In this document: positions 47,545 through 56,844 of the stretch, one piece after another
Layout: every line of letters begins with the position of its first letter
How positions within the stretch are numbered: the first letter of the stretch is position 1
Source: a candidate division WOR-3 bacterium
Lineage (GTDB): Bacteria; Hydrothermota; Hydrothermia; JBDRYB01
Length of the DNA: 64,000 nucleotides
Reading direction: 5' to 3'
Assembly (NCBI GenBank): GCA_039803205.1
Contig: JBDRYB010000008.1
Coordinates: 1-64,000, forward strand
Made by a program: the position numbers and the translations under genes
Notes under the pieces: model-generated
Seen by the model: only the letters and a program-made list of their open reading frames with translations
What the model was told of the DNA's origin: nothing
Databases searched by the model: none

Positions 47545-48360
47545 CTATCCTATCTTTCCAAGCACGAGCGCGACCAGCGCCGCTAGCATGTCCGCCTTGG
47601 CGATCTTGGAGACCAGGCCGTAGTTCCTCCTGGCCCATAGATAGACGAGAAGCCCAGCCCAAACCCCATCCACGAGAAGGACTACCGCTATCAGGTAGCC
47701 AAGGCCCAGATGACCGGAGATGAACGGTAAGGGCGTGAGGCCTATCATCAAGCAGGCAGAGACGGTGGTAAGGATCAGGCCGGCTCTCTCACCCCAGAGG
47801 ACCGGAACGGTCCTTCTCCCCGAAACCTTGTCAGCGCTCGCGTCCTCAAGGGATTTGACCCCTTCTCTGGCCATGTGAAATAGAAAGGCGAGGAGGAACG
47901 CCCACAGCGGCCCCCCAGTATTTTCCCCCGTAAAGCCGCCAAAGAGAAACCCCAGGGCCGCTGCTGTAGAGACCGCCGTGTTGGAGATCAAAGGAATCCG
48001 TTTTAGAACCCTGTTGTATGCGGTTGTCAGGATCATGGCTGATAGAAAGACGATCGTGCAAACCGGGGGGAGAAACGCGGAAAGGGCCATTCCGGGTATG
48101 AGCAGGAACCAAGAGAAGTTCCTGGCCATTTCGGGCCTCACCTCGCCTTTTGGTATGGGTCTATCAGGGTGCGCGAGCCGATCCGTTTCCAGGTCCAGGA
48201 TGTCGTTGTCCACATTTGCCCAGGCTATGAGCAAGGCCCCAGAAACGCTTGCAATAGTGGCTATTTGCCAGCCGGGCCAGCCAGCTAGCCATGCTCCAAC
48301 GAGAACGACAAGGCCTGCTATCCCCGCGTTGATGGGACGAGCGAGCCTTATGTAAGCCAC
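47545..48360 (-). CDS. UbiA prenyltransferase, DGGGP-synthase-like
   Basis: RPIN, NDILDLETD, HPDRPIP, YNRVLK, SN, REGVKSLED..AD...GRRTVP; about 8 TMs. Confidence 0.8.
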   Translation of the reverse strand: MAYIRLARPINAGIAGLVVLVGAWLAGWPGWQIATIASVSGALLIAWANVDNDILDLETDRLAHPDRPIPKGEVRPEMARNFSWFLLIPGMALSAFLPPVCTIVFLSAMILTTAYNRVLKRIPLISNTAVSTAAALGFLFGGFTGENTGGPLWAFLLAFLFHMAREGVKSLEDASADKVSGRRTVPVLWGERAGLILTTVSACLMIGLTPLPFISGHLGLGYLIAVVLLVDGVWAGLLVYLWARRNYGLVSKIAKADMLAALVALVLGKIG

Positions 48361-48378
48361 GATTAATTACGGCGGTCT

Positions 48379-49131
48379 CTACTTGCTCAGCAGAGGTTTT
48401 ATGAGATCAAGGGGTATCGGTAGAACCACTGTTGTGGCCTTCTCAGAGGATATTTCAACCAGGGTTTGGAGGAACCTCAACTGAACGGTTATCGGGTTCT
48501 GCGCGAGCACATCAGCGGCCTCCTTGAGCTTGCCAGCGGCCTGCTCCTCGCCAAGGGCTGAGATGACCTTTGCCCGGCGCTCCCGCTCGGCTTCAGCCTG
48601 GCGCGCCATTGCTCTCTGCATCTCCTGGGGAAGATCCACATGCTTTATTTCAACCATTGAGACCTTTACTCCCCACGGGTCAGTCTGCTTGTCAAGGATC
48701 TCCTGGAGCCTGTGGTTCAGCTTCTCCCTCTCCGCGAGGAGGTCATCCAGCTCAACCTCTCCAAGTATGCTTCTCAGGGTCGTCTGCGCTAGCTGGCTCG
48801 TCGCGTAGTAGTAGTCCTCAACCTCAAGGATGGCTTTTAGGGGCTCAACCACCCTGAAGTAGACCACAGCGTTCACCTTGACCGATACATTGTCCTTCGT
48901 TATCACATCCTGAGGCGGCACATCCATCGTGACGGTCCGGAGGGAGACCTTGACCATCCTGTCAACTATGGGCAGTAGGATGAAAAGCCCAGGGCCTTTC
49001 TCCTTCTTAAGAACACGGCCAAGCCTAAAAACAACGGCGCGTTGATACTCAGGGAGTATCCTGACCATCCAAAGAATAAGGATGAGGATAAAGACCCCAA
49101 GAGCGATATAGAGAATGAATCCCTCGTTCAT
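48379..49131 (-). CDS. Stomatin-like SPFH (slipin) protein
   Basis: [36 protein letters not shown]. Confidence 0.92.
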   Translation of the reverse strand: MNEGFILYIALGVFILILILWMVRILPEYQRAVVFRLGRVLKKEKGPGLFILLPIVDRMVKVSLRTVTMDVPPQDVITKDNVSVKVNAVVYFRVVEPLKAILEVEDYYYATSQLAQTTLRSILGEVELDDLLAEREKLNHRLQEILDKQTDPWGVKVSMVEIKHVDLPQEMQRAMARQAEAERERRAKVISALGEEQAAGKLKEAADVLAQNPITVQLRFLQTLVEISSEKATTVVLPIPLDLIKPLLSK

Positions 49132-49449
49132 ATTAAGCAAACCTCCGTTACCGGACGAAATTATCAGGCCGTGGCCGCTTATAAAACAACCGCGCGCGTG
49201 TCTTGTTCAGGATGTAAATTATGGGGTTGCCCGCGCTTTTACCCGCCTTTCTCACTGAGAGATGGAAACCGCCCCATGAATGGATTTTGCTCATAGGAGA
49301 GCCTAATTGGCCAGCGGCCTACAGGTTTGAGATGAATAAGAGGAACACGCTGGAGGCTGTGGAGCTCATGGTTGTTGGTTCCACGGAGCTATGCGGTGAG
49401 CCTTGGAAAAGGGGAAAGCTTAGCCCAGAAAAGGTCTCGGAGAGAAGAA

Positions 49450-50520
49450 TCAGGTGACTTTCTCCAAAGCCCTCTCCGCCTCTGCCTCAAGGAGCGCGTC
49501 CACGACAGGCCTCAGCTCCCCGTCCATTATCCTCTCCAGCTGATATAGGGTAAGGCCTATCCTGTGATCGGTTAATCGGTTCTGTGGAAAGTTGTAGGTC
49601 CTTATCTTCTCGCTCCTATCACCAGTTCCTATTGCCGAACGCCTGATGGTGCCCGTTTCGCGCTCCCGACGCTCCCTCTCCCTTTCCGCGAGCCTTGCCC
49701 GTAGTATCCGCATGGCCCTCTCCTTGTTCTTGTGCTGGGAGCGCTCGTCCCTGCAGACAACAGTTATACCAGTGGGCTTGTGGATGATCCTAACGGCTGA
49801 GTCGGTCATGTTCTGGTGCTGGCCCCCTGGCCCGCCTGCCCTCATGGTGTCTATCTCCAGGTCCTCAGGCGCTATTTCAATCCTTATTTCTTCTGGCTCC
49901 TCAGGCAGAACAACGACAGAAGCAGAGGATGTGTGTATCCTTCCGGCGGATTCTGTCCTGGGGATCCTTTGGACGCGGTGAACCCCGGACTCGTATTTGA
50001 GCAATCCGTATGCCCCTTCCCCCTCAGCCATGAAGATGATCTCCTTGAATCCTCCGAGGCTCGTGGGGTGAGATTCGGCGACCGTGATCCTGAGACCCTC
50101 CTTCTCAGCGAACCGCGAATACATCCTGAACAGGTCCCCAGCGAAAAGGGCGGCTTCATCTCCTCCTGTTCCAGCCCTTATCTCAACTATCGCGTCCCCA
50201 TCGTCCTCCCGAGAGCGCGGGACGAGAAAACGCATTATCTCCGAACGAAGACCGCCCCATTCCTCCACGAGACTCTCTCGTTCCGAACGCAGGTATTGCT
50301 TCATCTCCTCATCGGTTTCGGTCTCAAGCAAGCCATCCGCCTCCGCTATTTCCTCTGAAACCCTCAGAAACCTTCTCACCTTTGGCTCGGCCGCTCTTAT
50401 CCTCTTGTATTCCCTTATGAGCCCGGGGTCGTCTTTTCCTTCTGAGATGAGGTTTTCCAGCTCAGAGAGCCTCTCCAAAAACCCTCTTGCTAGACGCAGG
50501 ATCTTTTCGCTATTGTTCAT
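49450..50520 (-). CDS. prfA: Peptide chain release factor 1
   Basis: GTGGDEAALF, ESGVHRVQRIPRTE (PxT motif), GGQ, IRTYNFPQNR; ATG 50520. Confidence 0.95.
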   Translation of the reverse strand: MNNSEKILRLARGFLERLSELENLISEGKDDPGLIREYKRIRAAEPKVRRFLRVSEEIAEADGLLETETDEEMKQYLRSERESLVEEWGGLRSEIMRFLVPRSREDDGDAIVEIRAGTGGDEAALFAGDLFRMYSRFAEKEGLRITVAESHPTSLGGFKEIIFMAEGEGAYGLLKYESGVHRVQRIPRTESAGRIHTSSASVVVLPEEPEEIRIEIAPEDLEIDTMRAGGPGGQHQNMTDSAVRIIHKPTGITVVCRDERSQHKNKERAMRILRARLAERERERRERETGTIRRSAIGTGDRSEKIRTYNFPQNRLTDHRIGLTLYQLERIMDGELRPVVDALLEAEAERALEKVT

Positions 50521-50531
50521 GTGCTCAGAGA

Positions 50532-53500
50532 TTACCTCAGAATAAGCGATTTCGTTCCGAAGACCTCCTCGCCGAGCTCCAGTCTCAGGAAATAGACCCC
50601 GGATGGCAAGTCCTTGCCCCACGGTATCCTGTAAAGCCCTGCTGGAAGGATGCCTGAGCATGGCTCCTCGGCCACCCTTCCGGTCGGGTCATATACCCTG
50701 AATCTAACCATGCTCTTGCCCCTGAGGCTGAGGGTTATGGCCCCACTGCCTTTGATCACGGTCGGGCCCCAGCTCAGAACGGGCGGTTCGTTTTCGTTCT
50801 CGGAGGTTCTCAACCGGGCCTCTTGCTTGGCTATAACCGAATCCGCGCCTATCCAGCCCGTGCGCCAGAGGTCATGCTTGTATGTCCGCCAGTCAAGGTT
50901 TGACCACCTTGGCGGGAACCTGTAGAAGCCGAAGGCGTATATGAACCCGTTGGCATTCCTCTGGATTATCTCTGCCCTGCCATCATTATCAAAATCGCCT
51001 AATTGGGGCACGGCCCAGTTGTAGAGGCCGAGGGGTATGGGAAATCCCTCAACATAGCCCCCCTCCCTCATCCCGTAGAGGAACCCGCCGTAATCGCCGA
51101 AGAAATACTCGGTTTTGCCATCGCCATCAACATCTGCCGCGGACGCGGATGTGTAGTGAGCTGTCTTGAGCTTGGCACCGTATGCTGGCATTGGCGTCCC
51201 ATCCCCGTCGTATACGAGAAGTTCGTGCTGCCCAACCACTATGACCTCTGGAACCCCATCGTTGTCTACATCTCCGAGGGATGGCGAGGCTTCCATGCCA
51301 AAGGATGAGCTCACATTCCAGAGTATCTGTCCGTTAGAGCCTATGCATAACAAGGACTTCGCGCTCTGGAATATCCCGAGGAGGACTATCTCGTCCCCGA
51401 GGATGTTCGGTATTAGGTCCCCTACTGCTATGGAAGGGCTGAGACCGCTTCTCTGGAGGTAGCAGGGGAAACCAGGGAGCGGGGTCCCGTTTGCCTCAAG
51501 GGCCCATATCTCAGAGCTTGGGGTCTTCGCGTATCCAGCAACTATCTCCAGATTTCCATCCTGATCGAGATCAGCAACAGACGGGGTAACAAACCCTCCT
51601 CCCCCTATGGGATGTCTGAAGAAGATTCCGGATTGGTCAAGGAAACCCGTCCCGTCATACCTGAAGGCATATATTATGTCTCCCTGCGCGCAGATGACCT
51701 CTAGCTTGCCGTCGCCATCAAGGTCAGCGAGGCTCGGGGTTTGAGTGTAGTCCTGGGCCCAGCCAACCCACTTTGGCCACCCAGGCATAATTGTGCCGTT
51801 GCTCCTCAGAACGAAGAGCCGGTCATCAAAGAAGACCCTTATGGCTATTTCTATCTTCCCGTCCCCGTCAATGTCCCCAGCCGCGATATCGTCAGCGATC
51901 CAGGCCTTCTTATCCGTTGAGGGTATGTTGACCGGCCACCCGTTCACCGGAGTCCCATCGTAGTGGTAGGCGAAAACCCTCACGAATGAGCTGTCCTGGA
52001 TGCGGTCCACGCCAGCAACGACCATCTCGTTTCCGGGATATTGAGGGTCAAGGTCGCACATCACGGGGCAGGAGTGCTCACCCCCGAGAACCACTATGGG
52101 CCAGTATGGTTCCTTCTTGAGGTATGTTGCGAGCAGAACGGGTTCTGAAAGGGGCCCGGGATTGAAGGAGGAATCAACAGCGCAGACCCTGTAGTAATAT
52201 ATCTTGTATGGTTGGACCGTGTAATCGGTGAATGTAGCGGGATGAGGCGGCTCATAGCTGATGAGCCTGTAGGGCCCCAGGACATCCTCAGCGCGATAGA
52301 CCAGGTAGGCGTTAGGCGTTCCTCCCAAAGGCGGCTCCCAGAACACGGTCACGGCCGCGCTGTCCGGGGCCCCCCATAGCCTTCCTGTTGCGGGCAGGTT
52401 CCTGTGAATCGTATAGCGCAGGGTATCAAAGGGCCCTGAGGGGTCAGAGACTATGACGCTCAGTTCCGCTCCCTCGAGAGCGTTGATGTCAGAGAGCCTG
52501 AATGTGAAACCATCAGGGGTGTTCCAGGGTTCAAGGTATCCCCTCTTTGGTATCCTATCCACGGACGCGGATCCATCTATTATGGTTATTCCTGGGGATG
52601 GGCTTTGTAGGCTGAGGGTTATCCCCTCGGCATCAGCCCAACCCCTGTTGGATATTCCTGGCTTGAACCTCACCAGAAGCGAGAGGCTGTCAACATCCAT
52701 CTGGCGGACCCACTTCCTGAGAACCGGGGAAAATACATCAAAGCCAGCCGTGTCAAAGCCAACCGTGTCGTTTGGTATTATAAGGGGAATGAATGTGAAA
52801 TTGATGAGGATGTGCTCCTGGCTATCCGGCAGGGGAGAGGCCACCTTCATGCTGAAGCCAAGTGTCCTCAGGGAAGAGTTTGGCCCTATTTTGGGGAGGA
52901 TCATCTGGGAATCCAGAATGGTTATGTAAGGGGATGCAGAGGATATTTTCGCTAGAACGCCCGTTGCCGGCGCTGATCCGCCGTTCTTGATCACATACGA
53001 TAGCCTCAAGGTTTCACCAGCCTCAGCGTAGCCGTCCCTATCAGCGTCCTGCGGGGAGGCTGATGTAACTGTGAGCCACGGGCCGGAGGCTATGACATTT
53101 ATTGTATCAATTAATGGCGCGTAGCCGATCTTGTGAACCCCAAGGAGCAGAGGCCCTGCTGATGGTATTACCACATCGTTGAAGTGGGCCTCTCCGAGGG
53201 CATCTGTTTGCCTTATCTCGTATATCTCGCCCTTTTTGTATACGACAACGCTCGCGCCCTGGATGTCGTTGCCCAAGAAATCCTCAACCTTGACCGTGAA
53301 GCTCTGGGGCCCAACACTCAGGCTTGCCGGGGCAGTAATATGAAATCTCCCTATGGTGCATCCATATGGGAATAGGCCCGGATCTCCAAGCGTGGTGTAG
53401 GAAAGGAAGAGATACCGTGTCATTGAGCGGCAATACTGCGCGCCAGGAGCCATCGTTATCCTTGAACCAGCATCGTGCCCCCCTATTCCGAGGCCCGGGT

Positions 53501-55067
53501 TAGCGAAGAGGCACTTGTAAAAGCTAGAATCGAAGTTCTGACACTCAATATATCCGTTCCTGGAAACCGAACGCGATGTGATGAAGCCCCCGCGCGGCGC
53601 TGTGGCGAAATTGGTCATTAGGGCCCCCTTGTCAAAAGCGCCGACGAGGCAGCTTATGACCGAAGCAACCGGCATGTAGTCCCAATTGGAGAGGGTATCA
53701 ACTGTCTCGGGGAATATGCCAGTGCCAATGTGCAGGATGTCATATGAACCGTGGCTTACAGAAACCCAGAAACCCGTTCCCCTCCGGAGCTCAGCGAATA
53801 TGGTGTCAAGATATATGTTTCCGAACCGGTGATAGAACTCAATGGTATCAATGCAGTCCGGAAATTGCTTCTGTATGGCCTCGCACACCAGCTCGCCGTC
53901 CTGGGGGGAATACTCCCATAGTTGTGGGCCTATGAATATTGCCCTCTTGACATTTGGCCCTGGCCTGAACTGATACTGGAAGAACTTATCGGAAAAGAGC
54001 TCGGCTTCCTTGAGGTTCCTCGCGTAGGCCCTTCCTATGAAGACCTCGGGGAGGTAGTCCGTGCTATCGGTCGGGCACTCGCCATAGTAAGCATCCCCGT
54101 CCGCGTTCCAGCTCCCGTCAAGGCCAGCGTAATACCACTCGCACGGGACAACGGATTCGCCCTCTGATGAGAACCCTGTCTCAACATAGCGGGTAGGAAC
54201 ATGTTCAGGGGAGCCGCCGAGAAGGACCCAAACCACTCCCCATTCCTGGTATGCTTCCCGTATAAAGTTCCTTATCTTGTCCGAAAGGTCAACTCCATCG
54301 TAGTGAGAAGAGATCCACTCCGTCGTAGCAACAGCAGTCCTTATTCCCATGAGGTTCTTATAAAGGAGGAGCGGGGCAAACCCAGGAAGAAGCGCTTGAT
54401 CCGTTATCAGTAGGTAGTCCACGGCAGTTGAGAGATCGCGAGGCCTGGTGTTCTCAGGGGGCAGGGGGCCGTTGGTTATGGCTGGGCGCAGGATATATGC
54501 CTCAGGGTTGACGAAGACAGCGCTCGCGAGGTCCTCCCTGACGCTGGCTCCGAGAGCGGTCATCCGCTTTGGATAGACCCCGGCGTAAGGGGTTGGCTCT
54601 GTCTCTATCTCAACCTCTATTCGGCTGTAAAACCTAACCTTGCCCTCTGCTGGAGAATACTGGACCGGATAAAGCCTCAGCATGGCAACTGCCTGGCCGC
54701 AGAACCAGCCCACTCCTGAGAGCTCGGCCAGAGGGCCTGGCAGAAAACCCTTGAACGAATAGTATTCCTTGGACTCAGGTATGAATCCGTCATCCCCTAT
54801 TTTCACGGCTGATTGAGATGGCATGAGCCTCGCGCGCTCGGCTATCACATCCCCTCCCTGGGCTTTGACCCTTATGCCCTTAGCGGTCATCCCAAGGGGT
54901 AGCAGGATGAGCCTCTCGTATGCGGGTATGCTCGGCGCGCCGGAGTCCGCTGTCCACTCGGTTTCCCCTGAGATGACCGTGTATTTCCCCTCCGTCTTTA
55001 ACGCAGGGGGGGTGAAATCAAAGCTGAAGCTCATCCCCCCAGCAATAGCGATGTTCAATAGGATCAT
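50532..55067 (-). CDS. Gingipain-like C25 cysteine peptidase with Ig/Fn3, FG-GAP propeller and T9SS-like CTD
   Basis: Propeptide, IRNFIREAY, VLLGG, IGR, catalytic SHG and SC, LGDP; DxDGDGxxE repeats; SGVYFLRL CTD. Confidence 0.85.
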   Translation of the reverse strand: MILLNIAIAGGMSFSFDFTPPALKTEGKYTVISGETEWTADSGAPSIPAYERLILLPLGMTAKGIRVKAQGGDVIAERARLMPSQSAVKIGDDGFIPESKEYYSFKGFLPGPLAELSGVGWFCGQAVAMLRLYPVQYSPAEGKVRFYSRIEVEIETEPTPYAGVYPKRMTALGASVREDLASAVFVNPEAYILRPAITNGPLPPENTRPRDLSTAVDYLLITDQALLPGFAPLLLYKNLMGIRTAVATTEWISSHYDGVDLSDKIRNFIREAYQEWGVVWVLLGGSPEHVPTRYVETGFSSEGESVVPCEWYYAGLDGSWNADGDAYYGECPTDSTDYLPEVFIGRAYARNLKEAELFSDKFFQYQFRPGPNVKRAIFIGPQLWEYSPQDGELVCEAIQKQFPDCIDTIEFYHRFGNIYLDTIFAELRRGTGFWVSVSHGSYDILHIGTGIFPETVDTLSNWDYMPVASVISCLVGAFDKGALMTNFATAPRGGFITSRSVSRNGYIECQNFDSSFYKCLFANPGLGIGGHDAGSRITMAPGAQYCRSMTRYLFLSYTTLGDPGLFPYGCTIGRFHITAPASLSVGPQSFTVKVEDFLGNDIQGASVVVYKKGEIYEIRQTDALGEAHFNDVVIPSAGPLLLGVHKIGYAPLIDTINVIASGPWLTVTSASPQDADRDGYAEAGETLRLSYVIKNGGSAPATGVLAKISSASPYITILDSQMILPKIGPNSSLRTLGFSMKVASPLPDSQEHILINFTFIPLIIPNDTVGFDTAGFDVFSPVLRKWVRQMDVDSLSLLVRFKPGISNRGWADAEGITLSLQSPSPGITIIDGSASVDRIPKRGYLEPWNTPDGFTFRLSDINALEGAELSVIVSDPSGPFDTLRYTIHRNLPATGRLWGAPDSAAVTVFWEPPLGGTPNAYLVYRAEDVLGPYRLISYEPPHPATFTDYTVQPYKIYYYRVCAVDSSFNPGPLSEPVLLATYLKKEPYWPIVVLGGEHSCPVMCDLDPQYPGNEMVVAGVDRIQDSSFVRVFAYHYDGTPVNGWPVNIPSTDKKAWIADDIAAGDIDGDGKIEIAIRVFFDDRLFVLRSNGTIMPGWPKWVGWAQDYTQTPSLADLDGDGKLEVICAQGDIIYAFRYDGTGFLDQSGIFFRHPIGGGGFVTPSVADLDQDGNLEIVAGYAKTPSSEIWALEANGTPLPGFPCYLQRSGLSPSIAVGDLIPNILGDEIVLLGIFQSAKSLLCIGSNGQILWNVSSSFGMEASPSLGDVDNDGVPEVIVVGQHELLVYDGDGTPMPAYGAKLKTAHYTSASAADVDGDGKTEYFFGDYGGFLYGMREGGYVEGFPIPLGLYNWAVPQLGDFDNDGRAEIIQRNANGFIYAFGFYRFPPRWSNLDWRTYKHDLWRTGWIGADSVIAKQEARLRTSENENEPPVLSWGPTVIKGSGAITLSLRGKSMVRFRVYDPTGRVAEEPCSGILPAGLYRIPWGKDLPSGVYFLRLELGEEVFGTKSLILR

Positions 55068-55068
55068 G

Positions 55069-55392
55069 TTATATCCCCGTAAGCTCTTTTATGAGGAGGC
55101 TCGTTTTGGCTTGCCGATGCCCCAGTTTCCTCCTTGAGGATCTCGTCCTCCTTTTATACTTGAAAGCCCTTATTTTTCCGGATTTTCCCACATCCTCTAC
55201 GCTCGCGAGCACGGATGCCCCCTCTATGTAAGGCTTCCCAGCCAGAATGCTTTTTCCATCCGATACGGCCAGAACGCTCTTTATGGTTATCTCCTGGCCC
55301 TTCTCTCCGAGGGCCGCATCCACGCTTATTCTGTCTCCTTCTGAGACCCTGAACTGCTTCCCAGCTAGCTCTATCACTGCAAAGCGCTTCAT
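55069..55392 (-). CDS. rplU: 50S ribosomal protein L21
   Basis: AVIELAGKQFRV, GKPY, FKYKRR, GHRQ. Confidence 0.93.
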   Translation of the reverse strand: MKRFAVIELAGKQFRVSEGDRISVDAALGEKGQEITIKSVLAVSDGKSILAGKPYIEGASVLASVEDVGKSGKIRAFKYKRRTRSSRRKLGHRQAKTSLLIKELTGI

Positions 55393-55394
55393 AT

Positions 55395-55733
55395 CTATCT
55401 CCTCTCCTCAGAGCTGGGGACGAGCGGAGCGAGCTTCTTGTATAGCTCGCCGCTCTTGACTTCCCGCTCTATGGTTGTTGATCCCTGGATGGTTTTCCCG
55501 CTCACCAGGGAGAGAACCAGCGAAAGGACCATGTAAAGCCCGCCCATTACCCATGTCGCCTTCATGAAGAAGGTGGGTGCTCCGCGGGCGCCCAAGAAGC
55601 TCTCAAGCCCCCCGCCTCCTCCGAGGCTCGCGGCAAGGCCGCCTGACTTCGGTTCCTGTATGAGTATTACCCCTGTCAGAATGAAGACCATGAGGAGAAA
55701 GAGGGCCAGCAGGATAAAGTAAAACCATGTCAT
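55395..55733 (-). CDS. secG: Preprotein translocase subunit SecG
   Basis: TM-ILIQEPKSGGL..GG-TM; follows tpiA. Confidence 0.85.
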   Translation of the reverse strand: MTWFYFILLALFLLMVFILTGVILIQEPKSGGLAASLGGGGGLESFLGARGAPTFFMKATWVMGGLYMVLSLVLSLVSGKTIQGSTTIEREVKSGELYKKLAPLVPSSEERR

Positions 55734-56455
55734 TTCTGAACCTCACTTTTCTCAACCTCAGAAACTATCCTGGAGAACTTTTCCGGTAGGAGGCTCGCTC
55801 CACCAACCAGGAATCCGTCAACGCCTTTGGTTCTCGCGAGCTCCCCGGCGTTCTCCGGGCTAACGGATCCACCGTATAGAACAGGGACATCCCCGAGGAT
55901 CCCCTTTATCAGCGCGTGCATTTCCCCGGCCTGTGCTGGGGTCGCGTTCACTCCAGTTCCTATTGCCCAAACGGGTTCGTAGGCCAAGAGGATTCTCCCG
56001 GCAACTCCCGCTAGGCCTTTTTCAATCTGGCGCTTGACTACCTCAGAGGCCCTTCCGGCCTCCCGTTCCTCCAGGGTTTCGCCTATGCAGACCAGGGGGG
56101 TAAGTCCGACCTCCAGCGCGGCGCGGATCTTCTTGTTGACCATCTCGTCAGTTTCTCCGAAATGCTTTCTGCGTTCGGAATGTCCTATTATAACGAAATC
56201 TACGCCTAGGCTCCTCAGCATGGGCCCAGAAACCTCGCCCGTGAATGCCCCCTTATCTTCCCAGAACAGGTTCTGCGCCCCAACCATTACTCTGGCTGGA
56301 ACCGCGTCCCTAACCGTTTTCAGGAACGGAAATGGGGGCGCTATCCCGATCTTTACGGGTGAACCAGCGGTAAAATCAGCTATCTGCCTGGCCGCTGACT
56401 CTGCTTCAGTCAAGCTAAAATGCATCTTCCAATTGGCAATAACCCACTTTGCCAT
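55730..56455 (-). CDS. tpiA: Triosephosphate isomerase
   Basis: ANWKM, GAFTGE, GHSERR, AYEPVWAIGTG, YGGSV, LVGGAS. Confidence 0.97.
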   Translation of the reverse strand: MAKWVIANWKMHFSLTEAESAARQIADFTAGSPVKIGIAPPFPFLKTVRDAVPARVMVGAQNLFWEDKGAFTGEVSGPMLRSLGVDFVIIGHSERRKHFGETDEMVNKKIRAALEVGLTPLVCIGETLEEREAGRASEVVKRQIEKGLAGVAGRILLAYEPVWAIGTGVNATPAQAGEMHALIKGILGDVPVLYGGSVSPENAGELARTKGVDGFLVGGASLLPEKFSRIVSEVEKSEVQK

Positions 56456-56541
56456 GGCCTATATGATATAGCAAGCGTCTGGCCCATTTCAAGCTTTCGC
56501 CTGGAAAATCCTGGCCCTTGCCCTTTATAATCTTCAGGCTT

Positions 56542-56844
56542 ATGGCACAGGATGAATTTACATACGAGAAGGAGGGCCCGGAACCCATCCTGAGGGCTTT
56601 TTTGTCTGTCCTCAGGGGTATTTTGGAGAAGAAGGGTTTTCAGGAGACTTTTGAACACATAGACCCTGAGAACCCGGATACCTACCTTTACGAGAAGGGC
56701 GATCAAAAGGTATCCCTGACCCTTGCCCACAGCGCCCCCGGAACCCTGACGATAACCGCGACCTCAGGCCTCCCCATGAGAGAGACCCTGAATGAGGCTG
56801 TAGAAGCGTTCATAGAGGGGATAAGGATCCTTCTCAGACCTTAA
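56542..56844 (+). CDS. Hypothetical protein
   Basis: TATAAT upstream; stop abuts the phoH start. Confidence 0.55.
   Translation: MAQDEFTYEKEGPEPILRAFLSVLRGILEKKGFQETFEHIDPENPDTYLYEKGDQKVSLTLAHSAPGTLTITATSGLPMRETLNEAVEAFIEGIRILLRP

Noticed and set aside
49221..49457. 78-aa ORF between stomatin and prfA
   Set aside because: No recognisable motif and not NfeD-like; only a weak -10; cannot be supported
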